Below are positions 18,808 through 28,102 of a stretch of DNA of 64,000 nucleotides, one piece after another; the first letter of the stretch is position 1, and each line of letters starts with the position of its first letter. Origin of the DNA: Armatimonadota bacterium (GTDB taxonomy: Bacteria; Armatimonadota; SYMT01); assembly GCA_046292385.1 (NCBI GenBank), contig JBKBRF010000022.1:32001-96000 (forward strand), read 5' to 3'. The notes under the pieces are model-generated. The model did no database searches and had not been told where the DNA came from. It saw only the letters and a list, made by a program, of their open reading frames with translations. The position numbers were made by a program, and so were the translations under genes.

Positions 18808-18975
18808 TAGGGTCTAGGGTTCAGGGGCCAGGGTTTAGACCCCAACGGTGGGCGCACCCGGGATCCGTAAGGAGAGCACCGCAGCTAGAAGCTTGAGATT
18901 CGGGTCCAGGGTAGCTCGCGTGAGGCGGCAGTCGTTACCGCAGCCACACCCTGGACCCTGGACCCTAACCCCTAG
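18808..18975. repeat. Inverted pair of heptamer arrays (AGGGTCT/CCCTGGA type)
   Basis: Left arm 18808-18838, right arm 18947-18975; same motif at 29721-29814 and 63211-63241. Confidence 0.7.
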
Positions 18976-20402
18976 AATGCCGAGCGCTGGATGGCGCGGC
19001 GGCGGTAAAGGAACTCGAAGAGGTTGCCCTCGTGCGGCTGGTCCCACTCCACTCTCGACGTAGGGAGCGGCCCCAGGTTCAGCCGATCGATGAGCGGAGA
19101 GCCGATGAGCGCTTCCGTCCACGCCGGGTCTTCGGTGAGGGCGGTCACCACGAGCGACGGCCCCATCTGCTCCAGCATGCGGGACTGCGGCATCTCGACC
19201 ACGCTGGCGTACGGAAAGAGGAACTCCCGGTTCGCCAACGGGTGCTCCCAGGAGTCGCAGCGGACGATCGTGGGGCGCAGGTAGGTACAGCCGTCGAGGG
19301 AGACGGAGCGCTCGCCGGAGCGATAGCGCGCCGTAACGTCCTCCGCGCCGGGGGTGCCGAGCCCGTCGTCCAGCGCGGCGGTGATGTACTCCGCCATCTT
19401 CGGGTTGGCGAACCCGGCGAGCTTTGCGTCCGGATCTTCCGCCGGCTTCGGCTCGATCTGCGCCAGCCGCTCCGCCACCGCCGCGGCAATCTCATCCCCG
19501 TAGCGCGGCGTCAGGATCGCGGAGGCGTTGATGCAGCTCCGGCCGCTGTTCTCCGCGATGGAGGCGGCGATCAGGTCGACGAACTCCGGCCAGCGCTCGA
19601 CCATGTCGTCGCCGATCAGCACCTTGCTGCGGCCGGGACCGTGCACCTGCACGCCCGGGTTGCCGGCGTAGCGCTGGACCGTGCTCTCATCGCCGAAGAT
19701 CAGCGCGCGGCCGCAGGTGTCCATCACCGCGCCGCTGCCCTCGTGGTCGGTCGGGTAGAAGCTGAACGCCTCCGGCGGCGCGCCCGCGGCGATAAACGCC
19801 TGGATCACCCGGTACGGGGTCCACGGCTCCTCGCGACCCGGCTTGAGCACCACCGGCACCTTCAGCGCCACCGCTGGCATCCAGAGCGAGTTCACGCCCG
19901 GAGAGTTGCTGGGCAGCACCACCCCCAGCGCGTCCGTAGTGGCGAAGTAGCTCACCGGCACGCCCGCCTGGGTCCCGAAGCCGGAGTCGATCACCTCCGG
20001 GTCGAGGCCGCGGGTGAGGCCCTTCAGGACGGTCGGCATCTGGCTGAAGACCTGGTGGATCTTCCCCATGTTTCGGCGCACGAGCGCGTGCGGCAGACCG
20101 CTGGTGTGGGAGAGGGAGTCGACGTACTCGTCGGAGGTCTGCGTCCGGCCGTCGGTGCCCAGCGGCAGGGTGCCGCCCATGAAGAGGTCGCCCGCGTGGG
20201 AGCAGAGGTCGAGGAGCTGCACGACGGTGAGCGACCTGAACGCGTCCCGGTTCGGACGCCGCATGTCGCGCCGGATCATCCCGGCATTCGCCTGGCTGAT
20301 CTCGGCCACCGGCTCGCCGGTGCGGATGCTGGTGATCTTCACGCGGTCCAGGCTCTCGTACGGCTGGCCCCGGCGGATCACCGGAATATGAGGAATCGAC
20401 AT
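18972..20402 (-). CDS. Aldehyde dehydrogenase-fold protein, GriD/EhpG-like reductase component
   Basis: LPSNSPGVNSLW, LKPG, HGPGRSK, catalytic ENSGRSC, EFLFP. Confidence 0.82.
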   Translation of the reverse strand: MSIPHIPVIRRGQPYESLDRVKITSIRTGEPVAEISQANAGMIRRDMRRPNRDAFRSLTVVQLLDLCSHAGDLFMGGTLPLGTDGRTQTSDEYVDSLSHTSGLPHALVRRNMGKIHQVFSQMPTVLKGLTRGLDPEVIDSGFGTQAGVPVSYFATTDALGVVLPSNSPGVNSLWMPAVALKVPVVLKPGREEPWTPYRVIQAFIAAGAPPEAFSFYPTDHEGSGAVMDTCGRALIFGDESTVQRYAGNPGVQVHGPGRSKVLIGDDMVERWPEFVDLIAASIAENSGRSCINASAILTPRYGDEIAAAVAERLAQIEPKPAEDPDAKLAGFANPKMAEYITAALDDGLGTPGAEDVTARYRSGERSVSLDGCTYLRPTIVRCDSWEHPLANREFLFPYASVVEMPQSRMLEQMGPSLVVTALTEDPAWTEALIGSPLIDRLNLGPLPTSRVEWDQPHEGNLFEFLYRRRAIQRSAF

Positions 20403-20483
20403 AACTCGTTTACTACCCGGCGCTCCCCGGTGCCCGGGGAGCGCCCTCTACCATGGAGCGCGGAAGACAGCCGCGCCGACTTT

Positions 20484-21740
20484 CTACTTCTTCCGCCCGC
20501 CGACGGAGATCAGGTGGCTCTCCGTCCGCAGGTACATCACGCCATCCGCGACCGCCGGAGTGGAGTGGCTCGCCTCGCCGAGCTCGCTGCGGCCAAGCAC
20601 CTGGAGCTCGTCCGAGGCGGCGATTACCACCACCTCTCCCTGCGCGTTGATGGCGTAGAGCTTCCCGTTCACGCAGACCGGCGAGCCGAAGAAGTTGCCG
20701 CCCACCCGCTCCATCCAGACCGTTTCACCGGTGTCGGCGTTGATGCAGTGGACGATCCCGGCATCGCCCCAGATGAAGACGCGGTTCCCGATCGCGATCG
20801 GCGTGGGGACGTAGGCGATCCCGCGCTTCACCTCGTAGGCGATCTGCGGCGCGGTCTTCCCGGCGCCGGAGCCGGGCTTCACCGCGAACGTCTGCTTGTC
20901 CCCGCCGCCGTTGCCGGAGCCGGCGAGGATCAGCCCGTTCTCCAGCACGATCGGTGACGAGACGTTGCGCGCGCGATACAGGTCCCGCAGCTCCCAGTTC
21001 AGCTTACCGTTCGCGGGGTTCAGGCTGGTCATGCCGTGGGCGCCGTTGGTGAAGATCACCTCCGCCGGGCCGCCCTCGGGGCGGTAGACCACCGGGGTGG
21101 CGTACGGCGCGTCCTTGCTGAACCGCTCGTACTGCCAGCGCACCTCGCCCGTCTTCGCGTCGAGCCCCACCAGCAGGCCGTTCTCCGCCTCCGGCTCCTT
21201 CGCCACGATCACGATGTCCCCCACCAGGATCGGTGAGGAGCCCGCGCCGTGCTGCGCCTTGTAGCGCCCGAGGTCGCGCGTCCAGAGCGGCTTGCCGCTG
21301 TGATCGAGGGCATGGACCTTGAACGCGTCGGGAGTCCCCCAGATGAAGTAGACCCGCTCGCCGTCGACCGCCGGGCTGCCGGAGGCGGCGTTGTTGTACA
21401 TGTGCAGGCCGTACATCGGGTACGGCTGGGAGTAGGTCCAGGCGATCTTGCCGGTAGCCGCGTCGAGGCAGTGCAGGTGCCGGGTGCCCGTCTCCTGTTC
21501 CGCGCTCGCCAGGAAGAGCTTCTTCCCCCAGAGCACCGGTGAGGAGTGACCGATCCCCGGCAGCTTGACCTTCCAGTTGTAGTCCGCCGGGGTGAACTGC
21601 ACCGGCACCGTCGTCGCCTTGCTGATCCCGGAGCCGTTGGGCCCGCGGAAACGGGTCCACTCCTGCGCGTGGGCCGGAGCGCAGCAGACCAGCGCCAGCG
21701 AGCCGGCCGCCAGGGAGATTCGCCACCACCGTCTGCTCAT
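20484..21740 (-). CDS. Secreted PQQ-binding-like beta-propeller protein 2
   Basis: Signal peptide AHA-QEWTRFRGPNGSG; SSP repeats; C-terminal STPAVADGVMYLRT. Confidence 0.88.
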   Translation of the reverse strand: MSRRWWRISLAAGSLALVCCAPAHAQEWTRFRGPNGSGISKATTVPVQFTPADYNWKVKLPGIGHSSPVLWGKKLFLASAEQETGTRHLHCLDAATGKIAWTYSQPYPMYGLHMYNNAASGSPAVDGERVYFIWGTPDAFKVHALDHSGKPLWTRDLGRYKAQHGAGSSPILVGDIVIVAKEPEAENGLLVGLDAKTGEVRWQYERFSKDAPYATPVVYRPEGGPAEVIFTNGAHGMTSLNPANGKLNWELRDLYRARNVSSPIVLENGLILAGSGNGGGDKQTFAVKPGSGAGKTAPQIAYEVKRGIAYVPTPIAIGNRVFIWGDAGIVHCINADTGETVWMERVGGNFFGSPVCVNGKLYAINAQGEVVVIAASDELQVLGRSELGEASHSTPAVADGVMYLRTESHLISVGGRKK

Positions 21741-22318
21741 GATCCGCTCCTTTCACTAGGCCCGTTCGGCCTAGCTAGGACTTCAATGCCTTCACCCGTC
21801 ACCACAAAGTGCGAGTCGAGGTTCTCGCTGCGCAGTAGGCGCCAGTGCTCTCCAGGCAGCGAGTCGTCCGGCCAGACTTCCAGACAGCACCCCTCGCTCA
21901 GCTCCAGCCGGAACCCGCCGACCGAATCGGCGGCAATTGCCTCAACCCGGAGCGGCTTCGCCTCGTGCTGCCGTAGAAACTCCTGCATCCGCTCGGTGCG
22001 ACGGTTCGGGTCTCGATCGTAGTCGAACGTCTCCCAATCGAGATCCGGATCATCCCCGGCCCGATAGTAGAGATCCCGGCGAGCTACGACGATTCCCTCG
22101 GGTCCGGTGATTCGCCACGAACACTGGACGTGCAGTCCCCAATCAGGCCGGAGCGCCAACTCGCCTTTGCCGCGGCCACGCTCCCGAATGAACTCACGCA
22201 GCTCGCCGAACTGGAAGACTTGCAAGTCCCCCGCGCGGTGCGACCCACAGAGGGGCTGCCCGTGCAGCGCGGCGAGCGCCGCCGCTATCTGCTTTGGATC
22301 CAGTAGCAAGCGTGCCAC
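21737..22318 (-). CDS. Hypothetical protein
   Basis: Globular-looking ORF (WGLHVQCSWRI...EHWRLL); stop overlaps the next ATG; start approximate. Confidence 0.65.
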   Translation of the reverse strand: MARLLLDPKQIAAALAALHGQPLCGSHRAGDLQVFQFGELREFIRERGRGKGELALRPDWGLHVQCSWRITGPEGIVVARRDLYYRAGDDPDLDWETFDYDRDPNRRTERMQEFLRQHEAKPLRVEAIAADSVGGFRLELSEGCCLEVWPDDSLPGEHWRLLRSENLDSHFVVTGEGIEVLARPNGPSERSGS

Positions 22319-22374
22319 CTTCGGTCTCGGGCACCAACCTCGCGACACGAGTTCGATTGAGGACTGGTCACTCC

Positions 22375-23445
22375 CTAGTAAACGCCCTCGATCGTCTTCT
22401 TCTCCATCGCGCCGAACGGCCGGACCTCGCCGACGCCGTCCCACGGGAAGCGCTCTTCCCACGGCTCGCGGCGGATCGCCTCGTCGCGCTCCAGGAAGCG
22501 CGGCATGAAGAACTCCTTCGTGAGCGTGCTCAGCTCCACGCGGCCCCACTCTCCGTAGTCGACGGTGCGGTCGGTGTCGTTCGGGTCGACCACCCGCAGC
22601 ACGGCGCGCGGCTGCGGCGCGTGGTAGGTGATGCTCCAGTTGTCCTCCGCGGAGAGCGGGCGGCTGCAGGCGAGGCCCATCAGCGTGTTGCCGTAGGTCG
22701 GGACGAACTGGGCGCGGTTGTCGAGCACCTCTTCCACCAGGAAGCGGACGTTCTGCGGCGTCATCTGGGTCCCGCCGCAGAAGACGCCCTTGATGCCGGC
22801 GTCCGGCACGGAGAGCTTGTCGTCGAGCGCTTCCAGCAGCTTGGGAGTGGTGAAGAGGCAGGAGATCTTCCGGTTCTTCAGCAGCACCGCCCCCTGCTCC
22901 GCCACGTGGTCCTTGTACTTGTTCGCCGTGGCGGCGTCCTTATCGGCGATGAGCCGCTTCACCCAGCGGGGATCGAGGTCGACGTGGTAGCAGGAGCCGC
23001 CGCGCACGTGCGCCAGGTGCTCGATGCAGAGCCGGAGGCGCCGCGGCCCGGTGGGGCCAAGCATCAGCCAGTTGCCGCCCTTCGGGAACGCTTCCTCGTC
23101 CAGCGTCTTGGAGAACTCCTCGTAGTCGCGCAGGTGGTCTTCCCAGGAGACCCGCTGCTTCGGCATGCCGGTGGTGCCGCCGGTCTCGAAGACGTAGAAC
23201 GGCCGCCCGGCGTAGGCGCGCGGCACCCACCGCTCGTTCGGCTCGTCCCGGAGCCACTCGTCCTGGAAGTGCGGGAAGCGCTTCAGGTCCTCGTAGGACT
23301 CCACTTCCTTCGCGGGGTCCCACCCGGCCTGCCGGGCCCAATCGAGCCAGAACGGGGAGCCGGTCTCCGGGGAGAAATGCCACTGCACGATCTCGCGCAC
23401 GTGGGCGTCAAGCTGTTCCTTTGCGGCACTGGGAGATAGCGTCAA
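22375..23445 (-). CDS. EhpF/GriC-like truncated adenylate-forming enzyme
   Basis: WHFSPETGSPFWL, FETGGTTGMPK P-loop, GPTGP, DLDPRWVK, YGNT, YGEWGRV, ERD, C-terminal IEGVY recalled as EhpF/GriC signatures. Confidence 0.82.
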   Translation of the reverse strand: MTLSPSAAKEQLDAHVREIVQWHFSPETGSPFWLDWARQAGWDPAKEVESYEDLKRFPHFQDEWLRDEPNERWVPRAYAGRPFYVFETGGTTGMPKQRVSWEDHLRDYEEFSKTLDEEAFPKGGNWLMLGPTGPRRLRLCIEHLAHVRGGSCYHVDLDPRWVKRLIADKDAATANKYKDHVAEQGAVLLKNRKISCLFTTPKLLEALDDKLSVPDAGIKGVFCGGTQMTPQNVRFLVEEVLDNRAQFVPTYGNTLMGLACSRPLSAEDNWSITYHAPQPRAVLRVVDPNDTDRTVDYGEWGRVELSTLTKEFFMPRFLERDEAIRREPWEERFPWDGVGEVRPFGAMEKKTIEGVY

Positions 23446-23533
23446 CGTCGTGTTCCTTCTACAGCCTCACCGGCATCCGTATTACCGATCCAAAGCTCTG
23501 GGCCGCGTGGGCGGCGCCTCGCGAGCGGGACAC

Positions 23534-23980
23534 TTACCAGAGGTACCGCTCGTCGTATTCGACTTCGTACTCTCGCAGCAGAGTCAGGTATTCCTCCTGA
23601 AAAGTAAGCTTCCGGTGGTGGGTTTCCTGCCTGGCGATGTAGGAGCGCACTTGAGGAACGTCTCCTACCCCTACGGTGAATGCTCCGTACCCATCCTGCC
23701 ATGCAAAACGGGAGCACCCCTGCACTCCGTGAATCCACTTCGACGATTCGTGCTTCACCTCCCGCAAGAGATCTGAGAGGCGATGTGTCGCTCGGAGCCC
23801 CGCCAGAAGGTGGATGTGATCGGCAACGCCTCCAGCGGCAAGCAGTATGCCGTTCTGACTCCGGATTACTCCGCCCACGTAGGCGTAGAGCCGATCGCGC
23901 CAGTCGCTCTCTAGCCACGGCTCCCGGTTCCTGGTGCTGAAGACGATGTGATACCGAAGCGAGACGTGCGTGGACGACAC
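23534..23980 (-). mobile_element. tnpA: IS200/IS605-family Y1 transposase, probably REP-associated (RAYT-like)
   Basis: YHIVFST, HUH motif DHIHLL, WQDGYGAF, catalytic YI-xx-Q; no tnpB; REP-like repeats upstream. Confidence 0.88.
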
Positions 23981-23992
23981 CGGTCAGTCCTC

Positions 23993-24513
23993 CCGCCCTT
24001 CCAGGGCGGTTTCATTTCATGCGCTGCTTTCCGGGGGCTGCGCTGCGCTGACCCCCGGCTACCAACTCGTGCCCCTCCGGGGCACCCCCGCCGCGATCCC
24101 TGGGCCTTCCCTTCCTTCGGCCGCCTCGTTCCCCGCACTTCAAAGAGGGCTGTGTGCTCCCTCATCCGCTTTCGGAATGCGTCCCCCGGCAATCACCTCA
24201 CGCCCGTCTGGGGAATGGCTGTGCGGTCATCCATGGCCCGCTAGCTCACCACTTGGGGTGAGTCAATCGCCTGAGATCAGCGTAGCGCAGCCGTTGTCTC
24301 GCCCGCGGCGCCTCCGAGGGGCACCCCCTCCCCAACTTTGGTGACCCGATCCGCCTATACCGCGGTGGGAGAGCTATCCTTCGATCACGATAGATCCGCA
24401 TCCCGTAGTGAATCCCGGCGCCCCGGAGGGGCGTCGAGACGATAGCCGGGGGTCAGCGCAGCGCAACCCCCGGACTCCGCCGGTCCACCGTCCCCTGCGC
24501 CCTGAAGGGGCGC
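23993..24513. repeat. Inverted pair of composite REP-like elements upstream of tnpA
   Basis: Core TCCGGGGGCTGCGCTGCGCTGACCCCCGGCTA (24030-24061) vs inverted 24443-24474 (31/32 identical); each flanked by CGCCCTTCCAGGGCG-type and GCCCCTCCGGGGC hairpins. Confidence 0.85.
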
Positions 24514-24548
24514 GAGAACCTGACGGTGACAGCTCTTCTTCGCGAGGA

Positions 24549-26135
24549 TCACCCACTACTCACCTCCCGCGAGGGAAAGTACCGGTCGATCGTCTTCCGG
24601 CTCGGGGGCGGGGTCAGCAGCGAGACAACCACCACCAGCACGGCGGAGATCACACACATCGGGAGGACCGGCAGGTAGCCGTAGACCGTCACGCTGGCGG
24701 GGCCGCGCAGGAAGAGGTCGCCGAGGGCCGGGAAGATCTGCACCGGCGGCTGGCCGCCCGCGGGGCGCATCGGGTCGCTGAGCGTCTGCAGGTACCAGGT
24801 GCCGAGCACCGCGAAGGTGACCCAGAGCGCGGCGGCGAGGGCGCCCCACTTGGTGCTGCGTTTCCAGAAGAGCGCGGCCAGCATCACCGGGGCCAGGGCG
24901 GCATAGCCGCTGAAGGCGAAGCGGATCGCCAGCTCGAAGATGCCGGCCCGGTCCTTCAGCTGCAGCGCGATGACGTAGGCGGTCAGGGCGATCAGCACTA
25001 CGAAGGCGCGGCCGGTCCAGACCTGCGCCTTGTCGCCGAAGCGCTCTTTGCCGCCGTAGTAGGCGAAGACGTCTTCCGTGAACATCGTCCCGAGCGCCAG
25101 GATCTGGCTGTCGGAGGCCATCACGCACGCCATGATCCCGGCTCCCAGGGCTCCGGCCACCACCGTGTTGGTGTGCTGCGCCAGGAGCTGGATCATGATG
25201 TCGTCCGACTCCCCCGGCTTCAGCCCCGGGATCTGGCTGGCGCCGACCACGCCCAGGTAGACGGCGGGCAGCCAGATGGCGGCGATGCAGAGGGGGTAGA
25301 GGATGACGGTCTTCTTGAAGTGGCCCACCTTCTCCGCCGTCATGCACATGATCGCGATGTGCGGGAACATGATCGAGGAGAGCGGGATGAACATGTAGCT
25401 GAAGAACTCTTCCGGCGTGATCCGCTCGCGGCTCAAGAGCTGCGCGGGCGGCGGCCCGTGCTCCGGCTTGGGGGCGTACTTCAGGCCCTCCATCACCTGG
25501 TCGAAGCCGCCCAGGCTCTTCGCCAGCAGCGTGAGCGCGATGGCGCCGAAGCAGAGGAAGAGCAGCGTCTGGAAGGCGTTCACCCACGCGGTGCCGCGCA
25601 TCCCGCCGAAGAAGACGTAGCTCATCACGACGAGCGCCACGATCCCGCCGCCGACGGCGTAGCTCACCTGCCCGCCGCTGATCGCCTCCAGCGTCTGCCC
25701 GCCGCCCATCACGCCGATGATGATGTACGGCACCAGCATGGCGGCGGTCAGCGCGAAGAGGAAGGTGCCGATCCCGCCGCACTCCCAGCGGTCTCGCAGG
25801 TACTGCACCTGCGTCATGTGGCCGAACCGCTTCCCGAGGCTCCAGAGCCGCGTCCCGATGAAGAAGATCGTCAGCGGGATCACCAGCGCGGAGGAGGAGG
25901 CCATCAGCCCGAAGACGCCGATGCCGCGCTGGTACGACATCCCGGAGCTGCCCAGGATGGCGAACGCGGTCATGTTCGTCCCGAAGAGGGAGAGCAGGAA
26001 GACGACGGGGCCCAGGCTCCGGCTGGCGAGGAAGAAGTCCTCGCCGGACGCCTTGCCGCGGCGGAAGGCGAAGATGCCGATGTAGAGCACCACCGCCAGG
26101 TAGCCGAAGACGATCCACGCGGGGTTGAACGTCAT
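24549..26135 (-). CDS. Sodium:solute symporter family protein
   Basis: [28 protein letters not shown], ~13 TM segments; ATGA overlap with upstream small gene. Confidence 0.92.
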   Translation of the reverse strand: MTFNPAWIVFGYLAVVLYIGIFAFRRGKASGEDFFLASRSLGPVVFLLSLFGTNMTAFAILGSSGMSYQRGIGVFGLMASSSALVIPLTIFFIGTRLWSLGKRFGHMTQVQYLRDRWECGGIGTFLFALTAAMLVPYIIIGVMGGGQTLEAISGGQVSYAVGGGIVALVVMSYVFFGGMRGTAWVNAFQTLLFLCFGAIALTLLAKSLGGFDQVMEGLKYAPKPEHGPPPAQLLSRERITPEEFFSYMFIPLSSIMFPHIAIMCMTAEKVGHFKKTVILYPLCIAAIWLPAVYLGVVGASQIPGLKPGESDDIMIQLLAQHTNTVVAGALGAGIMACVMASDSQILALGTMFTEDVFAYYGGKERFGDKAQVWTGRAFVVLIALTAYVIALQLKDRAGIFELAIRFAFSGYAALAPVMLAALFWKRSTKWGALAAALWVTFAVLGTWYLQTLSDPMRPAGGQPPVQIFPALGDLFLRGPASVTVYGYLPVLPMCVISAVLVVVVSLLTPPPSRKTIDRYFPSREVSSG

Positions 26136-26362
26136 GCCGGCCGCTCCCCGCCCTCGCCGACCGTTTCCGCCACTTCCAGCTCGCGCGGCCAGGCGAAGCG
26201 GACCAGCACCCACATCAGCGCCGAGGCGAGCAGGCAGTAGGCGAAGTGATAGGCGAGGCCGATCGGCAGGAAGCCGAAGACGAGGGTCTTATCGGTCCAG
26301 AGCCAGGTGTCCTGGTGCAGCAGGATCACCCCCAGCACCAGAAAGCCGAGCAGCCACTTCAT
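26132..26362 (-). CDS. Small 2-TM SSS-associated membrane protein (DUF3311-like)
   Basis: 76 aa, [21 protein letters not shown], directly upstream of the SSS gene. Confidence 0.8.
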   Translation of the reverse strand: MKWLLGFLVLGVILLHQDTWLWTDKTLVFGFLPIGLAYHFAYCLLASALMWVLVRFAWPRELEVAETVGEGGERPA

Positions 26363-26414
26363 AACGCCAGTCCTCGCGCTCCACCGCCCGCGCGTGCCGT
26401 TCGCGAGGGAGCAA

Positions 26415-27959
26415 TCACTCCGGCAGCTCCTCCGCCTTCGGCTCCGGCAGCCAGAAGCTGGTCACGAGCCCGATCGCATAGACCGAGAAAGCGACGATCG
26501 CGGCGGCGACCGCCAGCTTCTCCGGAGCCGTGTTCCCCGGCACCACGTTAGCGAGCTGGGTGGTGACCAGCGCGGCGGAGGTGCCGAGCATGCGCCCGCC
26601 AATGTTCGCGGCGAAGCTCTCGCCGGTGCCGCGGAGGTGGGTCGGATAGACGCGCGGCAGGTAGTTGCCCCAGAAGCTGAACTGCGCCACCGTCAGCACC
26701 CCCGCGAGGGCGGCGCCGATCGTGAACAGGCTCAGGTTGTCCCGGCCGGGGAAGTAGAAGACGAGCGGGATCAGGATGAGGCCGGGGATCTGGAAAAGCC
26801 GCAGCAGGTTCCCGCGGCTGGCGATCAGCACCGCCAGCGCCGCCAGGATCATGCGCCCCACCAGGCCGCCCATCTCCTGGGCGAACTGGACGCTCGCCAC
26901 GTTCGTCTCGGTCTTCTCCCGCACCTCGGCGCCGACCTTCGGGAGCTTCCCGATGATCGCGTCGACCTGCTCCGCGGGCAGCGCCGCGAGCTGTGGGATG
27001 GCACGGACCGCGTCCGGCTGCTGCGGGGGAGGCATGCGCGCCGCTTCCCCGAGCTGGCGCATGGCGGCGGGGCGGGCCTCTGGCGGAAGCTGCTGCAGCT
27101 CGGTCATCTCCGCGCGCATGATGGCGCGGTTCTGGTCGAGCACCTGCGGCAGGCCGGGCACGATGCGCGGGATGTGCTGGATCGCGCCGAAGGCGGCGCC
27201 GTAGCTGCACGCCATCAGGATGGTGGTCACGATGGTGGTGCGGCGGAACGCCGGCTGGAACAGCTCGCCGATGCTGGGACGCCGCAGCGTGCCCGCCGCC
27301 TTCTTGGCCGCCCACGCGGGCGACTCCGGCAGGAACGGCCGGATGATCATCAGCGGCAGCGCCGGGATCACGCCGGAGATCAGGGTGTAGCGCCACGCCT
27401 GGTGGTCGCCGTGGATCGCGGGGAGCGAGTCGGCGTAGAGGACTGCCAGCCCGTAGGCGGCGGTGACCATCACTCCGCCCAGCGAGGAGGCCGCCTGGGT
27501 CCAACCGAGCACCGCCTCCCGCTGCCGCCCGTGCGGGAAGAGCTCCGCGATCCAGGCTACCGCCGCCACGAACTCCACGCAGACCCCGATGAAGGTGGTG
27601 GTGCGGAAGAAGAGCAGCATCGGGATCGACGTAGCGAAGCCGGCCGCCATCGCGGAGAAGGCGTAGAGCAGGATGCTCCAGACCAGCACCTGTCGCCGCC
27701 CGAACCGGTCGGTCAGGTAGCCGCCCAGGAGTCCGAAGACGCCGCCGAAGAGCGCGGGGACGTAGAAGAGCATCCCCACCCACCGGTTAAACTCCGCCGA
27801 GCCCGGCTGGATGCCGCCGAGATCCATCAGCGCGGGCCGCACGATCAGCGGCAGCATCAGCAGCTCATAGATGTCGAACGCGAAGCCGATGGCAGCGACG
27901 ACACAGATCAGCCACTGCGTCGTGGTAAGCCGGGGAGCAGCCTGGGGTGACTCGGACAT
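26415..27959 (-). CDS. MFS transporter
   Basis: GFAFDIYE, GYLTDRFGRR motif A, YPTHLRGTG. Confidence 0.92.
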   Translation of the reverse strand: MSESPQAAPRLTTTQWLICVVAAIGFAFDIYELLMLPLIVRPALMDLGGIQPGSAEFNRWVGMLFYVPALFGGVFGLLGGYLTDRFGRRQVLVWSILLYAFSAMAAGFATSIPMLLFFRTTTFIGVCVEFVAAVAWIAELFPHGRQREAVLGWTQAASSLGGVMVTAAYGLAVLYADSLPAIHGDHQAWRYTLISGVIPALPLMIIRPFLPESPAWAAKKAAGTLRRPSIGELFQPAFRRTTIVTTILMACSYGAAFGAIQHIPRIVPGLPQVLDQNRAIMRAEMTELQQLPPEARPAAMRQLGEAARMPPPQQPDAVRAIPQLAALPAEQVDAIIGKLPKVGAEVREKTETNVASVQFAQEMGGLVGRMILAALAVLIASRGNLLRLFQIPGLILIPLVFYFPGRDNLSLFTIGAALAGVLTVAQFSFWGNYLPRVYPTHLRGTGESFAANIGGRMLGTSAALVTTQLANVVPGNTAPEKLAVAAAIVAFSVYAIGLVTSFWLPEPKAEELPE

Positions 27960-28007
27960 CGTGATTCTCGCGGAGAGGACGAAGGGAGCGGGTAGTGGGG
28001 CGGGGTT

Positions 28008-28094
28008 GGTTGCAGGTTTTCAGGTTAGCAGGTTGCAGGTTCACACCACGCGGGGCGCCGGAACCTGGAACCTGCCAACCTGCAACCTGCTAAC
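28008..28094. repeat. Inverted pair of degenerate TTGCAGG/CCTGCAA arrays
   Basis: Left arm 28008-28042, right arm 28061-28094. Confidence 0.7.
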
Positions 28095-28102
28095 GAGCGG
28101 CT

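Noticed and set aside
22375..23445. Phenazine biosynthesis cluster
   Set aside because: No phzA/B/D/E/F/G homologues in the window.
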